Below are positions 31,677 to 42,660 of a stretch of 64,000 nucleotides of DNA, in pieces. How positions within the stretch are numbered: position 1 is the stretch's first letter; the number at the start of each line of letters is the position of its first letter. The translations under genes and the position numbers were made by a program. The notes under the pieces are model-generated. The model was given only the letters and a program-made list of their open reading frames with translations. It ran no database searches and had not been told where the DNA came from. Source of the DNA: Anaerolineae bacterium (lineage in GTDB: Bacteria; Chloroflexota; Anaerolineae; UBA3071); contig JARYMM010000005.1 in the NCBI GenBank assembly GCA_029907105.1, positions 8,563-72,562 on the forward strand, written 5' to 3'.

Positions 31677-31713
31677 GAACAGCATCTCCTCCAGGGATAG
31701 GAGATCAAGACGC

Positions 31714-32012
31714 CTATTCTTGCTCACTGGGGCTCGGCAGCCGTTCCTGTACGAAATCCAGCACCTGCTGAGCCAGGCTCAGCGCTCGTTTATCGCACTG
31801 GCATCCGTGCACAGCTCCCGCACCGAGTGCCCCCAAACCATCTCGGCCCCTTGCGCGTAGAGGTAACCCTTCAGCGCCTTCTCGGCTGCCTGCTGGGCCA
31901 GGAAACAGGCCAGGTTATAGCGTGGGCCGGCGAAGGCATATCGTGCATCGTCAAGATCTCGCATGGCTTGCCGAAGCCAGCGCTGTCCCTCTTGCTCAGG
32001 TACCGGTCGCAT
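31714..32012 (-). pseudogene. HEPN-domain gene with internal deletion and frameshift
   Basis: [13 protein letters not shown]...[15 protein letters not shown]...WGHSV stops at 31779; the C-terminal helix [16 protein letters not shown] lies in another frame. Confidence 0.7.
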
Positions 32013-32124
32013 ACAACTCCCTCCCTTCTCGCACCGCTTCCTTTTCGTATCAGCATTTTCTCTACCTCGAAAATAGATGCCTGGACCATTTTCGTCCCTG
32101 GTGGTGTACGCAGGGACGTGATAA

Positions 32125-32445
32125 CTACTCGGCAAACAAATGGGCGGCCTTGAACATCAGCACCAGCGCACCCCCTTCCGAGCGGGAGCGGTGCACCTCG
32201 TGGGCCTTGACCACCAGGGTATCGCCTTCGCCCAGGGGCACACTGGTGCCGTCGGCGTAGTCAATGTGGATCTGCCCTTGCAGGACGAGGTACATCTCGT
32301 CCTTGGCGTGGTCGTGGAACTTGTAGCTGCCCTGGAAGCGGCTGAGGTAGGCGCAGTAGTCGTCCACCTGGCCCAGCACCGTGTGGGTGAAGGGCACGCT
32401 CAGTTTTCCTGCTGCTTCGGCAATGGATAGGATTTTCTCTGGCAT
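32125..32445 (-). CDS. Cupin domain protein
   Basis: [15 protein letters not shown]...[13 protein letters not shown]. Confidence 0.85.
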   Translation of the reverse strand: MPEKILSIAEAAGKLSVPFTHTVLGQVDDYCAYLSRFQGSYKFHDHAKDEMYLVLQGQIHIDYADGTSVPLGEGDTLVVKAHEVHRSRSEGGALVLMFKAAHLFAE

Positions 32446-32606
32446 CGTTGCCTCCGGAAATGATTGCGGATTGCGGAATGCGGATTGCGGAATGGACATG
32501 CGAAAGGGCTTCCTCCTGGAGCGTCAGCGTATTGACCATGTTGCTCATCGAGCACCTCCTCTCATGCTATCTCAGGTCAGGTGACTGTCACCTGACCTGG
32601 CTGCTC

Positions 32607-33005
32607 CTACGCCGAACCGTACAAATAGCCATCAATTTTGCGCAGCACGTCCTGCAAATCCGGCGGCTCGGCCGGTTCCACCCGATCCTCGACGTGAACG
32701 TGGCAGGGAAAGTTGGACAGTTCAGGATGATGCGGTGCGTTGTCGTAGCGGAAGAGCAGGCTGCCATCGGCCCGTTGGTAGTGGTAGGCATAGTGCACTT
32801 TGACAATGACGAACATCCTGGCTACCAGCGCTTCTTCCACTTGCAACAATGACCCATCCCAGAAACGCAGCCGCGCCGAGAACCTGCTGGTACGATCGGG
32901 CACATCCGATCTGTCGAGGATATGCAGCTCCTCTACTTCGATCTCACGCCGCGAATGAATAGTGGCATATAGCCTGTCCAGATAGCGACTCAACCGGGGT
33001 ATCAT
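32607..33005 (-). CDS. DUF6516 (TumE-like) toxin
   Basis: YAYHYQ...LLFRYDNAPHHPELSNFPCHVH motif. Confidence 0.8.
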   Translation of the reverse strand: MIPRLSRYLDRLYATIHSRREIEVEELHILDRSDVPDRTSRFSARLRFWDGSLLQVEEALVARMFVIVKVHYAYHYQRADGSLLFRYDNAPHHPELSNFPCHVHVEDRVEPAEPPDLQDVLRKIDGYLYGSA

Positions 33006-33316
33006 GCGAGGGCCGGAATAGCGAATCTTTCCATGGCCGAAAGGGCCTTGTCCAACTCCTCTCTCATTTCACGATATATCTCATAGTCTGAAGCCCAGTG
33101 CATAACCTCTATGTCGTCACCCATTTCCCCCCGCTGGTAGCGTTCATAGAACTCGGCCGAATCCATGTTGTGCTTCTGCTCCATAACGGCCAAATGCTTC
33201 ACAATCTCTACAAAGTCATCCATGGGACGACTCTTCTCCCACGCCTCACGCATGATGCGCCGGAATTCCTCAGTTGACTCCGGCCAGGTGTCTTTGGTAA
33301 AAGTTATCGTCGGCAT
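33002..33316 (-). CDS. Cognate antitoxin (TumA-like)
   Basis: MEQKHNMDSAEFYERYQRGEMGDD...W; ATGA overlap with the toxin. Confidence 0.75.
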   Translation of the reverse strand: MPTITFTKDTWPESTEEFRRIMREAWEKSRPMDDFVEIVKHLAVMEQKHNMDSAEFYERYQRGEMGDDIEVMHWASDYEIYREMREELDKALSAMERFAIPALA

Positions 33317-33364
33317 ATCTATAACCTCTCACGTTTTTGGTTTTTCATCCTTCACCCTTCGTCG

Positions 33365-34915
33365 TCACAACGGGATGTTGCCATGTTTCTTCGGCGGGTT
33401 GGCGTCACGCTTGTTGCGCAGCATCTGCAATGCCTCGATGAGCCGGGGGCGGGTCTCGTGTGGCTCGATCACATCGTCAATGTAGCCTCGCGCCGCGGCC
33501 ACGTAGGGGTTGGCGAACTGGGCGCGGTAGTCGGCCACCAGCCGCTCCCGCTCCGCCTCCGGGTCCTCCGCCTCGGCGATCTGCTTGCGGAAGATGATGT
33601 TGACCGCCCCGTCCGGCCCCATGACGGCGATTTCCGCCGAGGGCCAGGCGTAGGAGATGTCGCCGCGGATGTGCTTGGAACTCATCACGTCGTAGGCCCC
33701 GCCGTAGGCCTTGCGGGTGATGATGGTGACCTTGGGCACGGTGGCTTCGCAGTAGGCGTAGAGCAGCTTGGCCCCGTTGCGGATGATGCCGCCGTGCTCC
33801 TGGGCCACGCCGGGCAGGAAGCCGGGCACGTCCACAAAGGTGACGATGGGGATGTTGAAGCAATCGCAGAAGCGCACGAAGCGGGCGGCTTTGATCGAGG
33901 AATCGATGTCCAGCACGCCGGCCAACACCATGGGCTGATTGGCCACGATGCCCACAGAAAAGCCCCCCAGCCGTGCGAAACCAACGACGATGTTCTGCGC
34001 CCAGTGCTGGTGCACCTCCAGGAACTCCCCGCCGTCCACCACCCGCCGGATGACCTCTTTTATGTCGTAGGGCTTCGTGGGGCTGTCGGGCACGAGGCTG
34101 TCCAGCGTTTCGTCCATGCGTTCGGCGGGGTCGGCGCTGGGCAGGAAGGGTGGGTCCTCCATGTTGTTCTGCGGCAGGTAACTCAGCAGCCGCCGGATGA
34201 GGGCGAAGCAGCCATCCTCGTCTTCGACGGCGAAGTGGGCCACACCGCTTTTGCTGTTATGCACCATCGCCCCACCCAGCTCCTCGGAGGTCACCTCCTC
34301 CCGCGTCACGGCCTTGATCACCTCCGGCCCGGTGATGTGCATGAAGCTGGTGCCTTTGACCATGAGGGTGAAATCGGTCATGGCCGGCGAGTAGACGGCG
34401 CCGCCGGCGCAAGGCCCCATGATGGCCGAAATCTGCGGCACCACCCCGGAGGCCAGCACGTTGCGCAGGAAGACGTAGGCATAGGCGGCCAGCGAGACCA
34501 CCCCTTCCTGAATGCGCGCCCCGCCGGAATCGTTGAGGCCGATGACCGGCGCCCCGTTCTTCATGGCCAGGTCCATGATCTTGCACACCTTCTCGGCGTG
34601 CACCTCGCCCAGGCTGCCGCCGAAGACGGTGAAATCCTGCGAGAAGACATAGACCAGCCGCCCGTCAATGGCCCCCCATCCGGTGACCACGCTGTCAGAT
34701 AGATACTTCTGTTCCTCGATGCCGAAGCCCACCGTGCGGTGGGTGACGAACATGTCCAGCTCGCGGAAGGAGCCGGGGTCAAGCAGGCGTTCGACACGCT
34801 CGCGGGCCGTCAGCTTGCCCTGGGCGTGCTGGCGGTCAATGCGCGCCGGCCCGCCGCCCAACCGCGCCTGTTGGCGCATGTCGTGCAAGGCCTGAATCTT
34901 GGGATCAACAGCCAT
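33365..34915 (-). CDS. Methylmalonyl/propionyl-CoA carboxyltransferase (12S / PccB / MmdA-like)
   Basis: [51 protein letters not shown]. Confidence 0.93.
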   Translation of the reverse strand: MAVDPKIQALHDMRQQARLGGGPARIDRQHAQGKLTARERVERLLDPGSFRELDMFVTHRTVGFGIEEQKYLSDSVVTGWGAIDGRLVYVFSQDFTVFGGSLGEVHAEKVCKIMDLAMKNGAPVIGLNDSGGARIQEGVVSLAAYAYVFLRNVLASGVVPQISAIMGPCAGGAVYSPAMTDFTLMVKGTSFMHITGPEVIKAVTREEVTSEELGGAMVHNSKSGVAHFAVEDEDGCFALIRRLLSYLPQNNMEDPPFLPSADPAERMDETLDSLVPDSPTKPYDIKEVIRRVVDGGEFLEVHQHWAQNIVVGFARLGGFSVGIVANQPMVLAGVLDIDSSIKAARFVRFCDCFNIPIVTFVDVPGFLPGVAQEHGGIIRNGAKLLYAYCEATVPKVTIITRKAYGGAYDVMSSKHIRGDISYAWPSAEIAVMGPDGAVNIIFRKQIAEAEDPEAERERLVADYRAQFANPYVAAARGYIDDVIEPHETRPRLIEALQMLRNKRDANPPKKHGNIPL

Positions 34916-34936
34916 CCTAACCTCCAGTAACCGGCC

Positions 34937-36151
34937 TCATGCCCCATAACGGGTCAGCCGACCGGCGTGGCCCAGGGCCAGGGGCAGCAACTCGGCGGCC
35001 GGGAAAGTCCCCAACGCCCCGGCCATGCAGGCGCGCTCGCCGAAGGAGGTCACGCGGTCGGGCAGCGCCGTGGGCGACCACAGGATGACGGGCACGGGAT
35101 GCCAGGAGTGGGCCTTGAGCAGGGCCGGCGTGGAATGGTCGCCGGTCACGATGAGCACATCGGGCTTGAGTTCACGGATGGCCGGCAGCAGAGCGTCCAC
35201 CTTCTCGATCTCCCGCACCTTGGCGGCGAAGTCACCATCCTCGCCGCGGCTATCGGTGTACTTGTAGTGCACGAAGAAGAAATCGTATTCCGCCCAGTGG
35301 CGGTGCAGCGCGGCAATCTCCTCCTCGAGAGTCGTGCCAGCATCCAGCACATCCATGCCCACCAGTTTGGCCACGCCGCGGTACATGGGGTAGACGGCGA
35401 TGGCCCCGGCGCGCAGCTTGAAGACGTCGGGGAACTTGGGCAAGCCGGGGTCTTTAGCGAAGCCGCGCAGGTTGAGCGAATTGGCCGGGCGCTCGTCGGC
35501 GAGCAGGGCCCGCGCCTGACGCAGCCATTCGTTGACCAGTTCCGCCGTGCGGGCCGCCTCCGGGCTGTCGTCCAGCGGCTGCACGGGCAGCGAGGGCTTG
35601 CCCACCACCAGCGGGTCGGTCTCGCTCAGGGCGGAGGAAAGCCCGGCGCCGCGCAGCACGAACAGATAGCGGTACTCCTTCACCGGCTGCACGAACACCT
35701 CGTACCCGTCCAGGGCCGTGCCCGCCTGCAGCCTGGCCGTCAGCCGGGCGCACACCTCGGTGGGAATGCGGCCGGCGCGGCGGTCGGTGATCCGCCCTTG
35801 CTCGTCCACGGTGCAGAAATTACCGCGCGCCGCCAGGTCGTCAGGCCGCAGGTCGAAGCCGACGCCCAGGGCCTCCAGGACGCCGCGGCCGATGTCGTAG
35901 ACGAGCGGGTCGTAGCCGAAGAGGGCCAGGTGCGCCGGGCCGCTGCCGGGGGATACCCCCGGAGCGATGGGCTGGCTGAGGCCGCAGCAACCCTCGGCGG
36001 CCAGGCGGTCCAGGTTGGGCGTGTGGGCGGCTTCCAGTTCGGTCGGGCCGCCCGGTTCGATGGGCAACCCACCCAGGCCGTCCATGACCAGAAGGACGAT
36101 TTTACTCTCTGCCGGCTGCGCCAGCCGGCGCATCAGGTCGAAGTCTGCCAC
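34937..36151 (-). CDS. apgM: 2,3-BPG-independent phosphoglycerate mutase (ApgM type)
   Basis: MDGLGG, TPNLD, PGSGPAHLALFGYDP, TGDHSTP, HSWHPVP. Confidence 0.9.
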   Translation of the reverse strand: MADFDLMRRLAQPAESKIVLLVMDGLGGLPIEPGGPTELEAAHTPNLDRLAAEGCCGLSQPIAPGVSPGSGPAHLALFGYDPLVYDIGRGVLEALGVGFDLRPDDLAARGNFCTVDEQGRITDRRAGRIPTEVCARLTARLQAGTALDGYEVFVQPVKEYRYLFVLRGAGLSSALSETDPLVVGKPSLPVQPLDDSPEAARTAELVNEWLRQARALLADERPANSLNLRGFAKDPGLPKFPDVFKLRAGAIAVYPMYRGVAKLVGMDVLDAGTTLEEEIAALHRHWAEYDFFFVHYKYTDSRGEDGDFAAKVREIEKVDALLPAIRELKPDVLIVTGDHSTPALLKAHSWHPVPVILWSPTALPDRVTSFGERACMAGALGTFPAAELLPLALGHAGRLTRYGA

Positions 36152-36194
36152 AGTGTGTGCTCCTTATCTGCTTGAGGACAGGCGTTCCTGAGCA

Positions 36195-36228
36195 AAGGGG
36201 ATAGGCCGGTATCCCAGCCTATCCCCTT
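36195..36228. terminator. Hairpin downstream of the ABC ATPase gene
   Basis: AAGGGGATAGG...CCTATCCCCTT. Confidence 0.5.
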
Positions 36229-36248
36229 CCATGCTCCTGTGCCGATAC

Positions 36249-36340
36249 TCAGTAGATGGAAATCGCTCCGCCAGGATCGTCAGATCCTGGCGAAAACCGG
36301 GGATCTGACGATCCCCTCAGAGCAAATTTCCATCCACTGA
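36249..36340 (+). mobile_element. MITE family B, copy 1 (~92 bp)
   Basis: TCAGTAGATGGAAAT...ATTTCCATCCACTGA terminal IRs; 3-bp TSD TAC; two internal GATCGTCAGATC hairpins; inverted copy at 42568-42660. Confidence 0.75.
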
Positions 36341-36355
36341 TACTCCAGCAACAGC

Positions 36356-37456
36356 CTAGATGATCGCCAACTCGGTGTCGCGCTCGAAGATATGCATGTT
36401 GGCCATGTTCAGAGCCAGCTCGATCTGTTCGCCGGGGCGGGCGCGCAGGCGTGGGTCGACGCGGGCGATGAAGCTCTTGTTCCCTGTCAGGCAGTAGACG
36501 AAGATCTCGTTGCCCATGAGCTCCGTCACGTCCACGTCGGCCTTCATGTCCGCCTTGGCGATGCCAGGCGGCACGAAGGGCTTGGCGTGAATGTCTTCGG
36601 GGCGGATGCCGAAGATGACCTCCTTGCCCTTGTGCGGCAGCAGGGGGGCGATTTTGTCCTCGGGCACTTCCAGGCGGAAAGAGCCGCCGTCCACGAACAG
36701 TTGGCCGTCGCTCTCCACCAGGGTGGCATCGAAGAAGTTCATGGAGGGGCTGCCGATGAAACCGGCGACGAAGACGTTGCCGGGATGGTCGTAGAGGTTC
36801 TGCGGCGTGTCCAGTTGCTGCAAGATGCCATCCCTCATCACGGCGATGCGCGTGGCCATGGTCATGGCTTCCACCTGGTCATGGGTGACGTAGATGAAGG
36901 TCGTGCCCAGGCGGAGGTGCAGCTTGGCCAGCTCGGCGCGCGTCTGAACGCGCAGCTTGGCATCCAGGTTGGACAAGGGCTCGTCGAAGAGGAAGACGGC
37001 AGGTTCGCGCACGATGGCCCGCCCCACGGCGACACGCTGTCGCTGACCGCCGGAGAGCTGCTTGGGCTTGCGGTCCAAGAGCTGGCTGATGCCCAGGATC
37101 TCGGCGGCCTCCTTCACCCGGCGATCAATCTCCGCCTTGGGCGTCTTGCGCAGCTTGAGGCCGAAAGCCATGTTGTCGTAGACGCTCATGTGCGGGTAGA
37201 GGGCGTAGGACTGGAAGACCATGGCGATGTCCCGGTCCTTGGGGGCGATGTCGTTGACCAGCCGGTCGCCGATGTAGATGTTGCCATGGGTGACCTCTTC
37301 CAACCCGGCCAACAGCCGCAGGGCAGTCGTCTTGCCGCAACCCGAGGGGCCGACCAGGACCAGGAACTCCTTGTCCTGCACCTCCAGGTTCATGTTATTG
37401 ACGGCGACAACTTCGCCGAAACGCTTGGTGACATTCTCGTATGTTACACTGGCCAT
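36356..37456 (-). CDS. Sugar ABC transporter ATP-binding protein (MalK/UgpC/MsmX family)
   Basis: GPSGCGKTT, VFQSYALYPHM, LSGGQRQR, FDEPLSNLD, FIGSP. Confidence 0.93.
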   Translation of the reverse strand: MASVTYENVTKRFGEVVAVNNMNLEVQDKEFLVLVGPSGCGKTTALRLLAGLEEVTHGNIYIGDRLVNDIAPKDRDIAMVFQSYALYPHMSVYDNMAFGLKLRKTPKAEIDRRVKEAAEILGISQLLDRKPKQLSGGQRQRVAVGRAIVREPAVFLFDEPLSNLDAKLRVQTRAELAKLHLRLGTTFIYVTHDQVEAMTMATRIAVMRDGILQQLDTPQNLYDHPGNVFVAGFIGSPSMNFFDATLVESDGQLFVDGGSFRLEVPEDKIAPLLPHKGKEVIFGIRPEDIHAKPFVPPGIAKADMKADVDVTELMGNEIFVYCLTGNKSFIARVDPRLRARPGEQIELALNMANMHIFERDTELAII

Positions 37457-38115
37457 TGGGATTTGCTCCTGAAACTTGTGATTTTAAGTGTGGCGAGGCG
37501 AGAAGACAGAACTTTTCGGTCACGGCAGTCGCTTGACCACAACCGATAAGGCCAAATGACTGCCCGTGGGCTCATGCCAAAACCGCTCTTCAGGCCTCAC
37601 CGAGAGATCAAATGGGGGCAAAAATCGCAGAGATAGAGAGCTGAGCTGGGTGACTTAGCCGAGAGGGCAATGGAATGTCTCCGTGCTCTCAGCGCAGAGC
37701 TGCTGCCCCACGCCTGTTCGCAGCTCGCGGTTCCCAGACTCCAGGGCGCATCACCTCCTTCTCGACGGAAAGCCCTTGCGGGCGGCGAAGTGCGCTTACT
37801 ATGCACACCAGACGACATCGGCAGTAAAGGCCGACCTGCTAATCATTATAACACACATCCCTTTCTCTGCCAAACCCGAAGACATGTCTGTCATCGGCCA
37901 GGATGAGCAAATCCCCTCAGAGATGCCCGTCGCGCGTGGACAAACACTCGTCAAGGCGGGTTATCTCGGCCATCATACGCCTCCTATCAATGCCTGCGTC
38001 TTTTCACACCCACGAAGACTTCCCCACCACAGGATCGCGCACACCCCTGGCCTGAAATCCGGCCTCTCCGAGCAGGCGCAGCCAATCGCCGCGAGCAAAC
38101 AGGCCGCAGAAGTGC

Positions 38116-39789
38116 TCAAGCCAGCATCGGGATGCGCACCCCGTGCTGCCTGGCGAAGGCGATGGCCTGCGCATATCCGGCATCGGCGTGGCGCATGATG
38201 GCCATGCCGGGGTCGTAGGTCAGCACCCGCTCCAGCCGCACCGCCGCCTCCGGCGTGCCATCGGCGACGATGACCTGCCCGGCGTGCTGCGAGTAGCCGA
38301 TGCCCACCCCGCCGCCGTGATGGAAGCTGACCCAGGTCGCCCCGCCCACGGCATTGATCAGGGCGTTGAGGATGGGCCAGTCGGAGATGGCGTCGGAGCC
38401 GTCGAGCATGCCCTCCGTCTCGCGGTTGGGCGAGGCCACGCTGCCGCCATCGAGATGGTCGCGGCCGATGACGATGGGCGCTTTGACCCGCCCACGGGCC
38501 ACCGCCTCGTTGAAGGCCAACCCGGCCCTGGCCCGCTCGCCGTAGCCCAGCCAGCAAATGCGGGCAGGCAGTCCCTGAAAGGCCACCTTCTTCTGGGCCA
38601 TCCGAATCCAGCGACACAGATGCTCGTCTTCCGGGAAAAGCTCCAGGACGATGCGGTCAGTGATGGCGATGTCTTCGGCATCGCCGGAAAGCGCCACCCA
38701 GCGGAAGGGCCCCTTGCCCTCACAGAAGAGCGGCCGGATGTAGGCGGGCACGAAGCCGGGATAGACCCACTCGCCGTTGGGGTCGCCGCCGACCTTGACC
38801 TCCGTGTAGCCGGCGTTGAAGGCCTGCTGGCGCAGGTTGTTGCCATAGTCGAAGACCACCGCGCCCCGCTTTTGCAGTTCCACCATGGCCTGGCAGTGCT
38901 CGGCCATGGCCTGCCGCGAGCGCTTCTGATACTCCTGCGGATCGCGCTGCCGCAGCTCCAGCGCCGCCTCCAGCGTCATGCCGTTGGGCAGGTACATGAG
39001 GGGGTCATGGGCACAGGTCTGGTCGGTGACCACATCGGGCACCACGCCGCGCTGCACCAGCTCCGGGAAAACGTCGGCGGCATTACCGATGAGGCCGATG
39101 GACTTTGGCTCCTCCCGCGCCAGCGCCTCCTCGACCAGGGTCATGGCCTCTTCCAGCGTGTCCACCACCACGTCCAGGTAGCGGGTATCGAGCCGCCGCT
39201 GCGCCCGCCAGGGGTCAACCTCCACCACCAGGGCCACGCCCTCGTTCATGGTCACGGCCAGCGGCTGGGCGCCGCCCATCTCCCCCAGCCCGGCGGTGAG
39301 GACGAATTTGCCCTTGAGGCTGGGCCAGCCCTGAGCACGGGCCGCCGCGCCCAGTGTCTCATAGGTGCCCTGCAGGATGCCCTGCGTGCCGATGTAAATC
39401 CAGGAGCCGGCGGTCATCTGGCCGTACATGATGAGCCCCTCCCGCTCCCAGCGGTCGAAGTTCTCCTGCGTGGCCCAGGCGGGGACGATGTTGGAGTTGG
39501 CCAGGAGGACGCGCGGGGCGTCGGCGTAGGTCTTGAAGATGCCCACCGGCTTGCCCGATTGCACCAGCAAAGTGTCGTCGGGGTCCATGCTCTCCAGGGC
39601 GCGCAGGATGGCCTCGAAGCAGGCCCAGTTGCGCGCCGCCTTGCCCCGACCGCCGTAGACGATGAGGTTTTGCGGGTCTCCGGCCACCTCCGGGTCGAGG
39701 TTGTTTTGCAGCATGCGGTAGGGCGCTTCCAACAGCCAGCTCTTGCAGTTCAGTTGGCTGCCCCGTGGGGCGCGAATGACACGGCTCAT
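38116..39789 (-). CDS. hutU: Urocanate hydratase
   Basis: [48 protein letters not shown]. Confidence 0.96.
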   Translation of the reverse strand: MSRVIRAPRGSQLNCKSWLLEAPYRMLQNNLDPEVAGDPQNLIVYGGRGKAARNWACFEAILRALESMDPDDTLLVQSGKPVGIFKTYADAPRVLLANSNIVPAWATQENFDRWEREGLIMYGQMTAGSWIYIGTQGILQGTYETLGAAARAQGWPSLKGKFVLTAGLGEMGGAQPLAVTMNEGVALVVEVDPWRAQRRLDTRYLDVVVDTLEEAMTLVEEALAREEPKSIGLIGNAADVFPELVQRGVVPDVVTDQTCAHDPLMYLPNGMTLEAALELRQRDPQEYQKRSRQAMAEHCQAMVELQKRGAVVFDYGNNLRQQAFNAGYTEVKVGGDPNGEWVYPGFVPAYIRPLFCEGKGPFRWVALSGDAEDIAITDRIVLELFPEDEHLCRWIRMAQKKVAFQGLPARICWLGYGERARAGLAFNEAVARGRVKAPIVIGRDHLDGGSVASPNRETEGMLDGSDAISDWPILNALINAVGGATWVSFHHGGGVGIGYSQHAGQVIVADGTPEAAVRLERVLTYDPGMAIMRHADAGYAQAIAFARQHGVRIPMLA

Positions 39790-39810
39790 GTCTCACCTCC
39801 TGGTGCCTGG

Positions 39811-39970
39811 TAGACTGTAAACTGGTAGATTGGTAGATTGGTAGATTGGTAAATTGGTTACTAAGGGACCAGTTACTCGACATGCCAGTCTCCCAGCTTC
39901 CCAATGTACCAGCTTCCCAATGTACCAGCTTCCCAATGTACCAGTTTCCCAATGTACCAGTTTCCAATCT
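39811..39970. repeat. Inverted arrays of 8-mer/16-mer tandem repeats
   Basis: (TGGTAGAT)n facing (CCCAATGTACCAGCTT)n. Confidence 0.8.
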
Positions 39971-39975
39971 ACTGT

Positions 39976-41319
39976 TCAGTAGATGGGCAGATAGCGATCC
40001 AGCTCCCACTGGCTGACGCTGAGGCGGTACTCGTCCCATTCCTGCGTCTTGGCCAGCAGGTAGCGATGATAGACGTGCGGCCCCAACGCTGCCTGCACGA
40101 CCTCATCCCGTTTCAGTTCCTCCAGGGCCTCGCCCAGGCTGCCGGGCAGCGTGGCCAGTGCACTGCGCCCTGCCTCGTCCACATGATACAGGTCTTCTTC
40201 GGCCGGATCGGGAGGCACCAGGCCACGACGGATGCCATCGAGGCCGGCGTGCAGCATGACGGCGAAGGCCAGGTAGGGGTTGCAACTGGGGTCGGGACAA
40301 CGCAACTCCAGCCGCGTCGCCTCCGGGCAGCCGGGGCTGATCTGCGGCACACGGATCAGCGCCGAACGGTTGATGCGTGCCCAACTGATGTACACCGGCG
40401 CTTCGTAACCGGGCACCAGCCGCTTGTAGGAGTTGACCAGCGGGGCGATCACCGCCGCCATGCCGCGGGCATGCGCCAACTGACCGGCGATGAATTGCCT
40501 GGCCAACTGGGAAAGCCCGTAGGCGTCGTCACCGTCGTAGAAGGCGTTCTCTCCCGTGTCCACCCGCATCAGGCTCTGGTGGGTGTGCATGCCCGAGCCG
40601 TTGATGCCGGCGATGGGCTTGGGCATGAAGCTGGCGAAGAGACCATTGCGTTGGGCGATGGCCTTGAGGACAATACGAAAGGTCACGGCGTTATCGGCGG
40701 CCTGCAACGCCGGACCGTAGTGGAAGTCAATCTCGTGCTGGCCGATGGCCACCTCGTGGTGTGAGGCCTCCACCGCAATGCCCAAGGCCTGCAGCGCTTC
40801 CACCATCTGCCGCCGCACGTCGTGGGCCAGGTCGGTAGAGACGTCGAAGTAGCCGGCGTGGTCGTGGGGCTTGGGCCTGGGCAGGCCGTTCTCGTCGCGG
40901 CGGAAAAGGAAGAACTCCAGCTCCGGCCCGGTGTTGTAGACGTAGCCCAGCTCCTCCGCCGCGGCCAGCGCCCGCTTGAGCACGTGGCGGGGGTCGCCCT
41001 GGAAAGGCTCCCCCTGCGGCGTGTAGACGTCGCAGATGACCCGCGCCGTGACCAGGTTTTCCCGCTCCCAGGGGATGACGGCAAAGGTGGAGAGGTCGGG
41101 CTTGAGGAACATGTCGCTTTCGGCGATGCGGGCGAAGCCCTCGACAGAAGAGCCATCGAACCAGATGCCGTGTTGGACGGCCTGGGGCCACTGGCGGGCA
41201 GGGATGGTCACCTGCTTGACGATGCCCACGATGTCGCTGAACTGCAAATTGATGAATTGCACGTTCGCTTCTCGAATGAGTGCCTCTACTCGTTCGAACT
41301 CTGCTGGGTCGTAAGTCAT
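39976..41319 (-). CDS. glnA: Type I glutamine synthetase family protein
   Basis: FDGSSVEGF, GPELEFF, HHEVAIGQHEI, FMPKP, GSGMH, KRLVPGYEAP, ELRCPDP; could be a gamma-glutamyl-amine ligase paralog. Confidence 0.85.
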   Translation of the reverse strand: MTYDPAEFERVEALIREANVQFINLQFSDIVGIVKQVTIPARQWPQAVQHGIWFDGSSVEGFARIAESDMFLKPDLSTFAVIPWERENLVTARVICDVYTPQGEPFQGDPRHVLKRALAAAEELGYVYNTGPELEFFLFRRDENGLPRPKPHDHAGYFDVSTDLAHDVRRQMVEALQALGIAVEASHHEVAIGQHEIDFHYGPALQAADNAVTFRIVLKAIAQRNGLFASFMPKPIAGINGSGMHTHQSLMRVDTGENAFYDGDDAYGLSQLARQFIAGQLAHARGMAAVIAPLVNSYKRLVPGYEAPVYISWARINRSALIRVPQISPGCPEATRLELRCPDPSCNPYLAFAVMLHAGLDGIRRGLVPPDPAEEDLYHVDEAGRSALATLPGSLGEALEELKRDEVVQAALGPHVYHRYLLAKTQEWDEYRLSVSQWELDRYLPIY

Positions 41320-41366
41320 AGCGGCCTCCTGATGTAACGTGTAGAATCGGCAAATCAGCGGAGCGA

Positions 41367-42473
41367 CTACCTGTTCCGTCGTTGCAACCAGACGATGGAC
41401 CCGCCAAGCAGCCCTGCCATGCCAAGCGCGGCAGCGCCCAGGGCCAGCAACGCTCCCGGACGGGCCTTGGCTGCCGCACGCTCACCCCCGCTCACTGGCG
41501 TGGGCACGGCTTCCGGCTCTGGCAGGCGGAGGGGCGCAGGAGTGACCGTGGGCGTCGGCGAAGGGGTTGCCGTTGCCGTAGCTGTGGGAGTCGCTGTCGG
41601 TGTTGGCGTATCGGTGGCTGTCGCCGTGGCCGTGGCCGTCTCCGTCGGCGTCAGGGTCGGCGTGGTCGTGGGTATCGGCGTTCGGCGTTCGGCGTCTTCA
41701 GAAGGCAACTCCGAACCCTGAACTCCGAACCTCGAACCCGGCGTGGCCGTAGGCGGCACCGGCGTCGCCGTCGGCTGCACCGGGTCCACGAACAGAGCGA
41801 TGGCGTCCAGGAATATGTAGTTGTTGCCGGTGGAAAAATTGTGATCCACCAGGATGAACAGGGTGATGGTCTCCGCCTGGGCCACAGCCGAGACGTCAAT
41901 GTTAGGGCCTTCGCCGGGCGGGTAATTGACGATGCGGCCTTCCCCCCGATGCATCGGCCCCCAGACCACGGTAGGGGCGGTGGGATCCGTGCCCCCCGTG
42001 GGGTCAATGCCCAGTTGACGGCCAAAGGCATCGGGGGCGTTAGGTGCACCCCAACCCAGCGAAGCCTTGTAAGCCACGCCGGGCTGGACGTCGCCCACCC
42101 GCGTGTAGATGCCCGCCCTGAACGTGCCGCCGTCAGACCACATGCGCAGCGAAGGCGCGCCGAAAACGGTGTCAACATCCTTCATGAAGACCAGGTCGCC
42201 TTCCAGGACGAAAGGCGTCCAACCGGCGGGCACCTGGCGGGGCGGACTGCCCACCCACTCGTCGAAGTTGCAGTTCCACAGGATGTTGGGCGGAACGCAA
42301 GGGTCACCGGCCAGAAGCGGGTTGACCGGCAGGAACAGCAACGCGCCAGCAATGCACAAAAGAAAGCCCGCTCGTATAATATGTGCTCCTGCTGGACGGC
42401 CGCGTCCAGCAGCCAGGTGGCGGACGTGGCCGTCCGCCACGAGCGACATCACATAACTCGCTTTCCGCAACAT
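41367..42473 (-). CDS. Secreted/anchored protein: CBM-like domain, PT linker, C-terminal TM
   Basis: N-terminal hydrophobic segment, NCNFDE...GIDPTGGTDP domain, C-terminal TM with basic tail; start uncertain. Confidence 0.7.
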   Translation of the reverse strand: MLRKASYVMSLVADGHVRHLAAGRGRPAGAHIIRAGFLLCIAGALLFLPVNPLLAGDPCVPPNILWNCNFDEWVGSPPRQVPAGWTPFVLEGDLVFMKDVDTVFGAPSLRMWSDGGTFRAGIYTRVGDVQPGVAYKASLGWGAPNAPDAFGRQLGIDPTGGTDPTAPTVVWGPMHRGEGRIVNYPPGEGPNIDVSAVAQAETITLFILVDHNFSTGNNYIFLDAIALFVDPVQPTATPVPPTATPGSRFGVQGSELPSEDAERRTPIPTTTPTLTPTETATATATATDTPTPTATPTATATATPSPTPTVTPAPLRLPEPEAVPTPVSGGERAAAKARPGALLALGAAALGMAGLLGGSIVWLQRRNR

Positions 42474-42567
42474 GGCGCGTAGTATAACTGAGGAAGCTCA
42501 AAGCTCAAAATCCAAACTTCAAACCAGCCCCCGGCCTCAACCCCCTTGAGCTTTGGAGTTTGCAGTT

Positions 42568-42660
42568 TCAGTGGATGGAAATTTGCTCTGAGGGGATCGT
42601 CAGATCCCCGGTTTTCGCCAGGATCTGACGATCCTGGCGGAGCGATTTTCCATCTACTGA
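42568..42660 (-). mobile_element. MITE family B, copy 2
   Basis: Reverse complement of 36249-36340; 3-bp TSD GTT; supplies the queG stop codon. Confidence 0.75.

Noticed and set aside
39811..39970. Possible CRISPR array
   Set aside because: Contiguous 8/16-bp tandem units without unique spacers; no cas genes in the window
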